This document shows positions 53,383 through 64,000 of a stretch of 64,000 nucleotides of DNA, piece after piece; the stretch's first letter is position 1; each line of letters starts with the position of its first letter. Source of the DNA: Zootoca vivipara. Lineage: Eukaryota. The position numbers and the translations under genes are program-made. Below the pieces are notes generated by a model. The model was given only the letters and a program-made list of their open reading frames with translations, was not told the origin of the DNA and did not search any database. The stretch covers positions 35,154,001 through 35,218,000 of the forward strand of contig NC_083292.1 of the NCBI RefSeq assembly GCF_963506605.1. Direction: 5' to 3'.

Positions 53383-54436
53383 ACAACCTTTAGAGGACAT
53401 CTGAAGGCAGCCTTATATGGGGAAGCTTTAAAATGTTTAATGTTTTATTATGTTTATAAATGTTGGAAGCCACCCAAATTGGCTGGGCAACCCATTCTGA
53501 TTGGCAGGGTATAAAGAAGATAAAAATTAAAATTTGTTATTATTGTTGTTGTTGTTGAATAGGATGTCTCTATTTTCATCAGAGAAATGTTGGAGAAATG
53601 TAATCCTCTTTTAAAGCCCTCCACGATGTTTGCTATAATTGACTCCTGCGGGAGGCGAGTTCCATAGTTCAGCTCTGGGCTGCATGAAGATAACTCCTGG
53701 TATCTGTCCTGAATCTTCCAACATCCAGCTTTCATTGGATATCTAGTGTTATGAAAGAGGGGAGGGCAAAAATATTTTCTCCATACGCTTTCTCCATGCC
53801 ATGCATAATCTTGTAAACTTCTATCAGGTGCAAGCTTACCCCATTAGATTATAGGCCCTAGTGTAAAGTTTTGAGGGTTCTGCCTCTCCTAGGGGAGGGA
53901 TCTTGGCAGCAACAGGAATTGAACCCAAGACCAGCTGTTTCATAGTCAGAACCTTTGCCCACCTAAGCTACACCCCGCCAAAGGTTTTGCCTTCAAACCA
54001 AACCAAAATGTTTCGGAAAGGAACATAGGAAAATGTCTTACATGGAGTCAGAACATGGACCCATTCAGTCCAGTATTGTCTACACTGACTGGAAGTGGCA
54101 TTCCAAGGTTCCAGGCAGGGAGTTTTCTACTTGGAGTTACTGGGGACTGAAACTGTTTTAAATACTAAACATGCAATGCTGCCTTACTCCGAGTCAGAGC
54201 TTCGTACCCTCCAACATTTCTCCAAAGAAAATAGGGATGTCCTAAGGAAAAGCTGGACATTCTGGGATCCAATCAGAAACCAGGATGGCTTCTTTAAATC
54301 CGGGACTGTCCTTGTTGGAAAATAGGGACACTTGGATGATCTGGTTTGGTCCAACTAGCTGAATATTATTACGTGTCCAAGGGCTGAGTCCATGTCTTGC
54401 TGCGGATCGAACATGGGTCCTTTTGCATGAAAGGAG

Positions 54437-54810
54437 TCATAGAAACATAGAATCATAGAGTTGGAAGAGACCACAAGGGCCATCCAGCCCAACCCCCTGC
54501 CAAGCAGGAAATGCCATCAAAGCATATGCCATTCTTGACATATGCCTGTCAAGCCTCTGCCTAAAGACCTCCAAAGAAGGAGACTCCACCACACTCCTTG
54601 GTAGCAAATTCCACTGCCGAACAGCTCTTACTGTCAGGAAATTCTTCCTAATGTTTAGGTGGAATCTTCTTTCTTGTAGTTTGAATCCATTGCTCCGTGT
54701 CCGCTTCTCTGGAGCAGCAGAAAACAAATCTTTCTCCCTCCTCTATATGACATCCTTTTAAATATTTGAACATGGCTATCATATCACCCCTTAACCTTCT
54801 CTTCTCCAGG
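54437..54810 (-). mobile_element. CR1 LINE 3' end, well preserved
   Basis: Encodes LEKRRLRGDMIAMFKYLKG and RTRSNGFKLQERRFHLNIRKNFLTVRAVRQWN..P; (ATTCTATG)-type tail. Confidence 0.95.
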
Positions 54811-54839
54811 CTTCTAAGACACCTTTTTCTCATATGTGG

Positions 54840-55125
54840 TGGGATTGCCAGAAATCAGGAAGACCAAAATTTTAATAAGGAATGGGGAGAATTTATAACT
54901 TACCTTAAAGACCATTGTAGTAGGATTGGAGTAACATTTGTAGTTTAAGGTTTAATTCTGGACATAATGGAAGAGGAAAAGGATTTGGAGTATCATACAA
55001 GATGCGGGAGGTAATGATTAATAATAAGGCCCACAAAGGGGAGGGTTTTTATGATTTATGTTTGACATATCTTTCTGAAATTTTAATTTGACAACCAAAT
55101 AAATAAATTTGTAAAAAAAGAAAAG
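54840..55125 (+). mobile_element. L1 LINE 3' end
   Basis: Encodes RNQEDQNFNKEWGEFITYLKDHC (L1 ORF2 terminal W..F..YL pattern), followed by an AT-rich UTR, AATAAA and an A tail. Confidence 0.7.
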
Positions 55126-56527
55126 CATGCCTTTTGCCAGAGAGCTGTGGCTCTTCATCAAAGAGAATAAAAGAAAGGAGAAAAGAACAGGTGGCGGCAG
55201 CGGCAAGCCTAAAATAAAATATTAAAAACGCCTGTACAGCAGTCCCTGAAGCCCTGATATTGCCAGGACTCAACATGGCTGCCAGTTTACAAAAGGAAAC
55301 TGGCACGGTGCCAGTTGGGACTCCGGCCTGGATCTATGGCTTCCTTCTGCTTCTCTGCCCCGCATTGGCTGGCGGCACATGACTGACAGGCTCCGTTCCC
55401 TCCCCACAAGTACGGATGACGGTGAAGCGATGGGGGCCAATAAGCTTCTGCCACCCAAAACAAAGCGAGGGAAGTATTGATTTCCTAAAGAGGCTATTTC
55501 TGGCGATTCCCAGCGCCAAAAGTCTGGCAAGGTCATCCCAGGGGAGGCTGGCGATTCAGTTCCTGGCCGTTCCCCTGTCCCCGTTAAAGAACAAAACAAT
55601 ACAATTGATGTTCATTTTCCTGGCGTGACACCCTCCGCCCTATAAGAACATGCGCGTGGGGAGAGGAAGCCCCATTAAACACAGTGGGGGCGACTTCTGA
55701 GCAAACATGCAAAGGGTCGTGCTGGTGGACAGGTCCGGAGCCTCAGCAGCCCAGGAGGCTCCACCAGAACTTGCCCTGGGTCCAAGAGCCAACATTTCGC
55801 ATTTCCCAAAATGCTCTTGGGGGCGCCATTTTGAATCCCCCACTGCTGACACCAGATAGTGGAGGCCGGTCCATTGGGGCCGCTCCACCTGCCCACCTCC
55901 TTAGTTAAGTCACATTCAGAGCTACAACCCAGGGAACTCTGCGAGGGGAACAGAAAGGGCTCCTAGCAAATTCCCAGGACCCTTCGTAATTCTGCTAAAA
56001 GTGCTTTAAATAGATGGTGTGCTTGTAGCCTTGCAATCATTCTGGTGGGCCACCCTGGCAGCCTCCTTCCCCTGCAACCTCCTTAGTCTCCATGTGGCCT
56101 TCGTAGAGGGAGGGCGAGGAGGACAAAACCAGAATTAGTTGGCTCTTATCAACCAATTCCTCTCGTCAAGGAATTGTAGCTCTCAACCCTCAACTAACTA
56201 CACTTCCCAGAATTCTTTGGGGGCTGGGCTGGGGGAGTCACGGCTCTTAAAATGGCTTTAAATGTATGGCACAGATGTGGCCTTAGAAACATTAAAAAAC
56301 TGCCACTTCCTGAGTTAGACCTGGCAGTACATCTAGCTTGGGACTTGTCTATACCAGGGAGGGCGAACCTTTGTCTTCCCACAGACACTTCTCGAATGCA
56401 ACTCCTGACCTTTGGTCATGCTGAGTGAGGCGGTGAAGTTCAGGAATATCTGGAGGGCCAGTGTTTCCTCATCGCTGCTCTGCATGGACCGGCCAGTAGC
56501 TCTCTGGGATTTTGGACACATCCCATC

Positions 56528-57036
56528 CAGGGGCGTCACAATAGGGGGGTGGGGGGGCGGGGTGCCCTCTCGCTACTGTGGTGGCAGCGCGACCGCCATC
56601 GCGGAGGCCTCAATGTTTCTGGTGGGGCGGAGGCAAGGGGCGGGCCAGAGAGCAGCGTCAGCGGCGGCCGCCGCCGCCCCTCGCCGCTCCACCTCCGCCT
56701 GAGTAGGAAGAAGACAAAGTGTGTGGCAAACCGATCCATAGCACACTTTGTCTTCTTCCTACTCAGGCGGAGGTGGAGCGGCAAGGGGCGTCAGTGGAGA
56801 CGCCCCTCACCACTCCGCCTGACTAGGAAGAAGCACACGTTGTGCTACGGAGTGGGTTGCCGGCGCTGGAGCACTGCCCCCTGGCAACCCGCTCTGTAGC
56901 GCAACGTGTGCATTGCGACATGTGCGTCGTAACGCATGTGTCATGCGCGATGCATGCGCTTGGCGGAAGCCCCGCCCCCGGCAGGGTGCCTTCTGGTTTG
57001 CCGCCCCGGGCAGCCAGAAGGCTAGCGACGCCGCTG
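56528..57036. mobile_element. CpG-rich non-autonomous hAT-type element (509 bp)
   Basis: TIRs CAGGGGCGTC / GACGCCGCTG, perfect 8-bp TSD ATCCCATC at 56520-56527 and 57037-57044. Confidence 0.9.
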
Positions 57037-57577
57037 ATCCCATCTTGAGAAATTGCATACGGAACGTGGGCTCTGTTGGTCTTTCCCCCTAAAATTAATG
57101 TTAAGATTCCAGTCCTCATGGCTCCGAATGATCTGAAGAACGTAGGAAGTGGCTTTATACCTCCAGTTTAGATCATTGGGCCCATGTAGTTTAGTACTGT
57201 CTGCACTGACTCTGCGGGGCTTCAGCCAGAATGGTTTAGCAACCCATCCTTCTTCCCAGGGAACTCTGGGAATGGTAGTTCTAGGAGTGGAGCTGGGGTC
57301 TCCTAACAACTCCCAGCTCCCTTAAGAAACGACAGGTCCCAGAATCTTTTTAGGGGAAGCCGTGACTGTTTAAAGTGGTCTCACAGCACTTTAAATGTAT
57401 GGGGGCTCCACAAACACACATCCCAGCCCACCAGGGATCACACACTAAAGCAGGTCTTCGCGTTCCGCCGTCGCATTTACGGACTTGGGTTTCCGAGGCG
57501 AACCTGAGCCCGGCCTCCTCTTGTGCCCCAATCGAAGACACGTGTGCAGTACCCCGGAAGGAAAATACAGAAGCCTC

Positions 57578-57583
57578 TTTATT
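57578..57583 (-). terminator. Putative DENND4B poly(A) signal AATAAA
   Basis: Minus strand reads TGTAAATAAAGAGGCTTCTGTATTTTCC, about 1.5 kb past the stop codon. Confidence 0.65.
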
Positions 57584-57769
57584 TACAGAACCGGGAACAT
57601 CGAAACGGACAAACCAACAAAATGAATAATACAACAAATAGGGTCTTGATGGAGATCAGCCTCCATATTGCACAATCCAAGCCCTGAGGAGAAAGTGGGA
57701 TGACACGCCGGGTTGCATCAAACTTTTGTTCTGCTCAGACTCGCTGAAATTAACGGACCTAAGCTAGGC

Positions 57770-58112
57770 TGCACCCGCAAAATACATTTAAAGCCCTATG
57801 ATACCACTTTAAACAGCCACGGCTCTCCACACCAAAGCATTCTGGGAGTTGTGGTTTGTTAAGGGTGCCTAGAGTTGCACGGAGACCCCTGTTTCCCTCC
57901 CAGAGCTACAAATCCCAGAGTGGTTTAACCATCAACTTTTCTCCTTGGGGAACTCTGGGAATTATAGTTCTGTGAGGGGGAAGAGAGGTCTCCTAACAAC
58001 TCTGAGAACCCTTAACAAACTACATCTCCCAGGATTCTTTTTTGGGGTGGGGGGGAAGCAATGACTGTTTAAAGCGGTATGATACCGCTTTAAATGTGTA
58101 GTGCGGATGGGG
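57770..58112. mobile_element. Quasi-palindromic MITE-like repeat inside the DENND4B 3' UTR (relatives near 33810-34100, 35690, 49200, 55920-56285, 57240)
   Basis: TACATTTAAAG...GATACCACTTTAAACAG at one end and CTGTTTAAAGCGGTAT...CTTTAAATGTGTA at the other. Confidence 0.7.
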
Positions 58113-59118
58113 CCCAACTTCATTAATTTCAACAAGCCTGAGCAGAACTTAGCTGGAGACAACCCTTCCCTTGGGGAAGGGGCTGGTATCTTCCGGGCCC
58201 TGGTCCAACCCCTCACCCAAGAGCACCCCACAGCCACGGGGAGGGGGGGAGTAAGTCTCTACAGCAGGCTGGGGCATGTGGCAACCTCCCCCCCCCACCA
58301 TACGGGTATGGCAAAGCAGAGAAAGAGGGAGGTGGACTGGTAGAATGGGCTCTTGCACCCCAACCACCCCATCACTTGCTACAGGGCTCCTCTTTTCGGC
58401 AGTTAAAGCAGAAGCGACAACAACAACAAAAAAAGGTCTCGACAATAAATAAATTATAAAATAGCTCTCCCTCTCTCTCCCCACCCCCACCCAACCCCGA
58501 AAAACAAACACTGGCGGTAAAAAAACAACAACACACCCTACTTGGCTCAAGATGGGTTGCCCTCTTCCTGAATTGAACCCTGATGTGTCGCGGGAGGAAA
58601 CGGACAGACTTGCCTTCCAGAAATTAACACAGTGCACAAAAATATAGAGGATCTCTGGGGGGGGGGGAGAGGGTCGACCCAGGTGGGGAGAGGGAGGGAG
58701 GGGACGGCGTACGGGTGTTCTCATGCACGTGCAGAGTGCAGTGCTGGGACAGGGTGGGGTGGGGAGAGGTGCTCCCCAAACCCCAATATGCACATGGTCC
58801 CTGAGACCCGTAGTCTCCCCGCTGCCGGCTAGCGTTGGGACACCCTGCCCCAGCTCCGGGGGATGCGAGTGGTCCATGGGGGACCAGAAGGGTCTCTGAG
58901 GAGAGGACAGCGATGTGCCTCTTGTCCCGGGGTTCCCTAGTCTGCCCCCGCGGAGGTCCTGCGGTGGTAGCGACTGGCTCCCGCCGCAATTTGGTTATCA
59001 GCTCCCGTTGTGTCCTTGACGATTCCTATGTTGCAGGAATTGAAGGGTAGGGGTGCCGGAGGTGACACGGCGGAGGGGGGGGGGAGGTTGGTGGCAGCGC
59101 CACGGGTGACCCCCCCCG

Positions 59119-59264
59119 CTAGCATTCCAGGTTGGCCCCAAAGCTTTTCCGGCAGTCGATGGCCTTGGAGGTGAGAGGCTGGGCTCTCCATTGCTTCAGA
59201 GTCTCCTTCCCCATGCTGCCGACCAGCTTAGAATAGGCAGACTTGTATTTCTTGTCGAAGTCGG
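59119..59264 (-). CDS. DENND4B: DENND4B terminal coding exon
   Basis: ctgcag|(A)DFDKKYKSAYSKLVGSMGKETLKQWRAQPLTSKAIDCRKSFGANLEC, TAG at 59121-59119. Recognised DENND4B C-terminus; synteny with GATAD2B agrees. Confidence 0.94.
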
Positions 59265-59377
59265 CTGCAGAGAGGGGAAGAGGCAGAAAGTGAGGGGTGT
59301 GAGGGGGGCTCCCTCTTCTCCAGGTTTCTTCTAGAAGATGGGTAGGGTGGGAGAAGCAAAAGGACCTGACAGCTGGA

Positions 59378-59536
59378 TCTCAGCATCCTGAGAATGTCAG
59401 CTTTTTTCGTCCTTTTACTTTTAAATTAACACAGGCAGGTTTCTAGACCTCATGGAACTCAGCATCCTAAGAATTTCAGCTTTTTCCATCCTTTTATTTT
59501 TAAATGAACGCAGGCAGGTTTCTAGGCCTCATGGAC
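59378..59536. repeat. Tandem duplication, 2 x about 79 bp
   Basis: CTCAGCATCCT.AGAAT.TCAGCTTTT...CAGGCAGGTTTCTAG.CCTCATGGA occurs twice, head to tail. Confidence 0.9.
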
Positions 59537-59935
59537 ACAAAGGAAGCGCCTCGAATTGGCACTTCAGCATCATGAGGATTTAGGAGGTAAAAGTCCACAA
59601 AGAATTTTTTTTTAAATCCTATTGTAAGAAGCAGTCTATATGGAGTGTGGACCGGGCACAAAAACTTACTGGAAAGAAAAACACCCCTGTGGCTATTTCC
59701 CATAGAGGCATGTGCACAAAAGGAAATCAATATGGAGCAGAATAGGCTACTTATATATTAAGTTTTTCTTAAGGTGGTTGTAAACCTTAAAAAAGAGAGA
59801 GAGATTTGAGAATGGATATCCAATTGGTTTCAGTATTGTCAAGTAAACGAAATATTTTAAAAAGATAGATATGCAGAACAAAGAGAAGACTTTGAAATCA
59901 AACTGTTAGAAGGTAAGGAAAAACAGATCTCAAAT

Positions 59936-60025
59936 CATAGCTGCCAAGTTATCCCTTTTTTTAAGGGATTTTCCCTTATGCTGAATAGGCTTCCTCACGA
60001 GAAAAGAGAAAACTTGGCAGCTATG
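59936..60025. mobile_element. 90-bp hAT-type micro-MITE
   Basis: Perfect 15-bp TIRs CATAGCTGCCAAGTT / AACTTGGCAGCTATG and perfect 8-bp TSD TCTCAAAT. Confidence 0.92.
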
Positions 60026-60318
60026 TCTCAAATATGTGCAACGCAAGCACATTTTCAAACCTCATGGATGCAAAGAAAGTGCCAAAAAGATTTGAAATTG
60101 CTGGGGGTGGAGATCTCTTTCTCACTTCCCCTTCATGGGGTGGGGGCACAATTTGCAGCCTCCCTGCTTAGGAACTTAAGAGGCTGCCTTATACAGACCA
60201 CAGGCCCATCCAGCTCAGCAGTGCCTACACTGACCGGCAGCAGCTCTCCAGACATCCTCTCTCTCCAAGTAGCTTGTGCCACTCAAACCCCTCTGGGATA
60301 CAGGGGCCTTGCACTTAC

Positions 60319-60383
60319 CAATGTCCACGTGGTCTCTGCCCAGGGCTGCCAGCTTCAAGAAGAGAATCTCGTGGTAAACGCTC
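60319..60383 (-). CDS. DENND4B: DENND4B penultimate exon
   Basis: ccttag|(R)SVYHEILFLKLAALGRDHVDI|gtaag, 65 nt. Matches the DENND4-family YREILFL..AALG motif. Confidence 0.93.
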
Positions 60384-60795
60384 CTAAGGAGAAGAAGAGA
60401 ACAAGGAGAGGGAATCAGCGAAGCACAGAAGTTCCTGTGAAGGCGCCCATGGGACCACGGGGAATTTTGTAGCTTGGCAACAGAGCACCTGCCTTGCATG
60501 TAGAAGGCCTCCACTTCAACCCCCAGCATCTCCAGGTATGACTGCCTGGAACTGTGGAGAGCTGCTGCCAATCAGTGCAGACAGCACTGAGCTGGATGGT
60601 GCAACGGACAGACTTGCTGGGAGGTAGCTCCCTATCTTCCAGGGCTGGGGAAAGACTCTTGCCTGAAACCCCAGACGGCCTCTGCCAGCCAGTGTAGGCA
60701 ACACTGAGCCAGGTGGGCCCAAGCCCGTCGAGGGCGCCTGCCACAGGGACATGCAGGAGTGGGTGGGCAGAGGGGCAGGAGAGGAGAAATCGTAC

Positions 60796-60961
60796 CTGGG
60801 CATGTGTGTCGTGCCGGACTGCTCCTTCACCGTGTCCAGAAAGAGAGAGATGGCTTTGTGCATCTCGCCCATCCCGACCGAGCTCAGCACCGCCTCCAGG
60901 AACGAGAGCGAGAAGGGGTGGTTGTGTCGACGCCAGGACTGGAGGCGAGTTGGGATGTTAC
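60796..60961 (-). CDS. DENND4B: DENND4B coding exon (3rd from last)
   Basis: cccag|(G)NIPTRLQSWRRHNHPFSLSFLEAVLSSVGMGEMHKAISLFLDTVKEQSGTTHMP(R)|gtacg, 166 nt. Phases fit both neighbouring exons. Confidence 0.9.
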
Positions 60962-61291
60962 CTGGGTGGGGTGCGAAGGAAGGCGGTTACGTGTCTGCAA
61001 GCGGACAGGAATTATGCATATTGCTTTGAGGTACTTATTGCTGCTTAACTGTGTTACACAAAATGTGGATCTCCTGCCGTTATTAAGTTGTAACAGTATT
61101 TGGTGCTCTGTGAATTTTGCACTATATGAGGTGTGTGCGCGAGAGAGAGACAGAGAGCGAGCGAGCGTGCCTAAATATGTACTGTATTTATATACCGTAC
61201 CCGGAGGTCTCAATATATATCAATATATTGTCCAAAACTGATCTGAAGTCCCTATCGTGATATTGGTTTCATAATTTTTGACCTGGCAAAA

Positions 61292-61533
61292 CAGTGGTAC
61301 CGTGGTTCTCAAACTTAATCCGTTCCGGGAGTCCGTTCGACTCCCAAAACCGTTCGAAAACCAAGGCACGACTTCCGATTGGCTGCAGGAGTTTCCTGCA
61401 CTCAACTTGAAGCAGGGTCGGATGTTCGGCTTCTGAAAAACGTTCGCAAACCGGAACACTTACTTCCGGGTTTGTGGCGTTCGGGAGCCAATTTGTTTGG
61501 CAACTAAGCCATTCGGCAACCAAGGTTTGACTG
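61292..61533. mobile_element. Tc1/mariner MITE
   Basis: CAGTGGTACC ... GGTTTGACTG|TA with a CpG-rich interior like the other copies. Confidence 0.82.
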
Positions 61534-61700
61534 TATAATGCAGATCATGATGTATGTCAGGGCTGGGCGATATATCGTCCAAAACCAGTCTGAAGTCCAT
61601 ATTGCGATATTGGTTTCATAATTTTTGACCTGGCAATATATCACGAATGCATTGCCCCAAACACAGAAGTGGCAAAAAACCTGACCCTAAAAAGAGCGTA

Positions 61701-62057
61701 TAGGTAAAGGTAAAGGCAAAGGACCCCTGGCAGTTTAGTCCAGTTGCAAACGACTCTGGGTTTGCAGCGCTCATCTCGCTTTACTGGCCAAGGGAGCTGG
61801 CATGTGTCCACAGACAGTTTTTCCGGGACTAAGCCGCTTCTAGCGAAAGCAGAGCAGCGCACGGAAACACCGTCTACCTTCCCACCGGAGCAGTACCTAT
61901 TTATCTACTTGCACTTTGATGTGCTTTCAAACTGCTAGGTTGGCAGGAGCTGGGACTGAGCAACGGGAGCTCACCCCCTCGCGGGGATTTGAACAGCCGA
62001 CCTTCCAATCGGCAAGCCTAACCCTGTGGTTTAGACCACAGTGTCACCCACGTCCCA
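61701..62057 (-). mobile_element. Near full-length Sauria SINE
   Basis: Minus strand begins GGGACGTGGGTGACACTGTGGTCTAAACC, has a B-box GTTCAAATCC, the same body as 19401-19660 and an (ACCTTT)n tail. Confidence 0.9.
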
Positions 62058-62208
62058 TTAGGAAAAAAAGAGTGTCGAAAGGGCAAAAAAGGCACAGAAA
62101 CAGAGCCTAGCAACCCACGAGCCTTTGCAAGTTCAATCCCAGGAGCCCTTGCGGGATAGGTAAAAGACTTGGGAGTTTTCTGCTGAAACGTGAAGTGGTT
62201 ATACAAGT

Positions 62209-62249
62209 TGAATGAATGAATGAATGAATGAATGAATGAATGAATGAAT
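62209..62249. repeat. (TGAA)n microsatellite
   Basis: Direct reading. Confidence 0.97.
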
Positions 62250-62511
62250 GGAATAGCCCTCCCCTGTTGTTTGTCCCCAGGACAGAGAGGCAGACTGCTC
62301 TTGAACATGGAAGCTCCACTCCTCACGAACACGGCTGGTGAAAGGCTAAGTGGGATCACGCTTATCTAGCTCAGCGGGGGTTTTCTGCACAGCGAACAAA
62401 CAGGACGTGGCGGGGGCAGGCCAGATCCTGGGATGGTCCCTCCCCTCCCCCTAGCAACCCCACAAAAAGGTAACCCGTGGTCTTGCTATTCCCAGAATCC
62501 GCCGCTCTTAC

Positions 62512-62617
62512 CGTGCAACCTCCAGAGGACGTAAAGTGGGGGGTAGCTGTCGGGGTCTGGCGTCAACACGTCCCACACCAAACGTACACGCACGAAAAGC
62601 CCCTCCTGAGGCGAGCC
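62512..62617 (-). CDS. DENND4B: DENND4B coding exon (4th from last)
   Basis: ctgcag|GSPQEGLFVRVRLVWDVLTPDPDSYPPLYVLWRLH+G|gtaag, 106 nt. Resembles the human VRLLWDVLTPDPNSCPPLYVLWR segment as I recall it. Confidence 0.92.
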
Positions 62618-62951
62618 CTGCAGAGAGGGAGGGCGGTCATTGGGGGAGTTCGGAGAGCACAAAACAAATAATCTGTCTTTCTATGTTGCCGTCCGCTCAT
62701 ACCAACCCCAAAGCGGCTTACCGACAATAAATAACAATGGCGTAATGAAACACCGCAGGTACAACTTAAGTCACGTTGCATAATTAACCGATCGCCAGTA
62801 GAACAACAGCAATGCTATTAACGGGCCGGCCGCTGAAATATAAGCCAAGTATCACAGCTGCAGTGTAAGCCGTATTGAGAAGCCAGGGATGTGGGGAGTT
62901 GGAGTCTAGCAACACTTGGAGGGCCACACCCTGGCTCCCCCAACCCTGGTA

Positions 62952-63143
62952 ACAGAATCATGGAATTATCGAGTTGGAAGGGACCCCGAGGGTCATCTAG
63001 TCCAACCCCCCCTCAAATGCAGGAATCTCAGATAAAGCAACCAGGACAGATGGCCATCCAATTTCTCCTTAAGAACCTCCAGAAGGAGAGTCCACAACTT
63101 CCCGAGGGTGACTGTTCCACTACTTAGCAGCTCTTACTGTCAG
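62952..63143 (-). mobile_element. CR1 3' UTR fragment
   Basis: GAGTTGGAAGGGACC...TCCAACCCC...CAGCTCTTACTGTCAG, homologous to 54450-54640. Confidence 0.8.
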
Positions 63144-64000
63144 ATCTCTTACGGTCAGAAAGTCACAGGACAATTTCTGGACAACTTGCTTTAGGGCAGT
63201 GGGGAGGAACCAGAAGTTGCTAGACTACCAACTCCCATCACCATGGATGGCCAGGGCTATTGTGAGTGGCAGTCCAGCTACACCTGGAGGACCATAGGCT
63301 CTCTGTGTGATACATGTCCCAGCCAACCAGAGATCACATATCACATGCGCTTTCAGAGGTGTAAACTCCCATCACCCTGACTGCTGGGAGATGGGAGTCC
63401 AGCAATTTCTGGAGGGCAACAGGCTTCGCACCCCTGCTTTACACCCCTGCAATTGTATTTAATATATGATCCCTGATTGGTTGGGATGCGTGTCCAGGGC
63501 AGGGAGTCTCTGTGTGATGGCCTGGGACTCGGGCTCGGACTCGGAACCAGAGGAGTCTCCATCGGCCCCGGATCCTCTGCCTCAGACATTATCAGAACCT
63601 CCCAGTCTGCACAGGTTTCCCTGCAGCACACACCAGCTGGACCGAGTCAGGGACCTAAGCCTGTCCTGGCTCCAGATGCGGGGAGTACCTGTTGCTGTCA
63701 GGTGGGCCATCACCTACAGCTGCTCCACTACCAGCTTGGTCAGGGGAAGCTGAGGTTGCCCCTGGGTCCTGCAATCCACCGGTGTCTTCCCAGCTGCAGA
63801 GACTCAGATCCGAGAGAAGGAAAGACCTGAGTACTCGCAGGAGGAGTGCTCGTCTTTGGGCTAAACAGGGAGGTGAGTCTCTGGGGGATTGGGACCGGCC
63901 GTTGCCCCGACAAAGCTAAGAGGCTGTTGGGCTCCAGCCCAGGTTGCGGGAGCAAGATCCTGCCTGAGTCTCTGTACCTGCTCTCACCTGGACTCCTGCC

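Larger units (their letters stand above)
57555..59118 (-). other. DENND4B: DENND4B 3' UTR (end approximate)
   Basis: Follows the stop codon, has U-rich tracts on the minus strand and runs to the first AATAAA I found, at 57583-57578. Confidence 0.65.

Noticed and set aside
58149-58877. 242-aa minus-strand ORF
   Set aside because: Lies in the GC-rich DENND4B 3' UTR with no recognisable homology.
59119-59133. C-terminal prenylation signal in DENND4B
   Set aside because: The protein ends NLEC; a terminal cysteine is not a CaaX, CC or CxC motif.
60962-60996. Alternative DENND4B acceptor TTGCAG at 60995
   Set aside because: Using it introduces an in-frame TAA; the acceptor at 60962 preserves the frame.

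Overview
Vertebrate nuclear DNA, almost certainly a squamate reptile and probably a lizard (Sauria SINE, Bov-B, CR1, L2 and L1 remnants). Two protein-coding genes lie in tandem on the minus strand, in the same order as human 1q21.3. (1) The last four coding exons and 3' UTR of DENND4B (about 57.5-62.6 kb), which splice in frame to a C-terminus ending ...KAIDCRKSFGANLEC*. (2) The 5' end of GATAD2B (NuRD subunit p66-beta): a CpG-island promoter with six CCAAT boxes and E2F-type sites (about 48.0-48.4 kb), a non-coding exon 1 (donor at 47879), a roughly 40.5 kb intron 1 and the first coding exon (6994-7323). Later GATAD2B exons were not found in the window. The rest is intronic or intergenic and dense with transposon remnants, including several intact non-autonomous DNA transposons (hAT with 8-bp target-site duplications [TSDs], Tc1/mariner with TA TSDs). 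Some of these are near-perfect hairpins and some are nested in older retroelements. There is one 180-N assembly gap. Almost all ORFs in the supplied track are spurious. I see no convincing new multi-gene system. The best leads are the hairpin-forming MITEs, repeat-free CpG-rich islands in intron 1 (candidate alternative promoters or enhancers), and a splice-assembled Kozak context.
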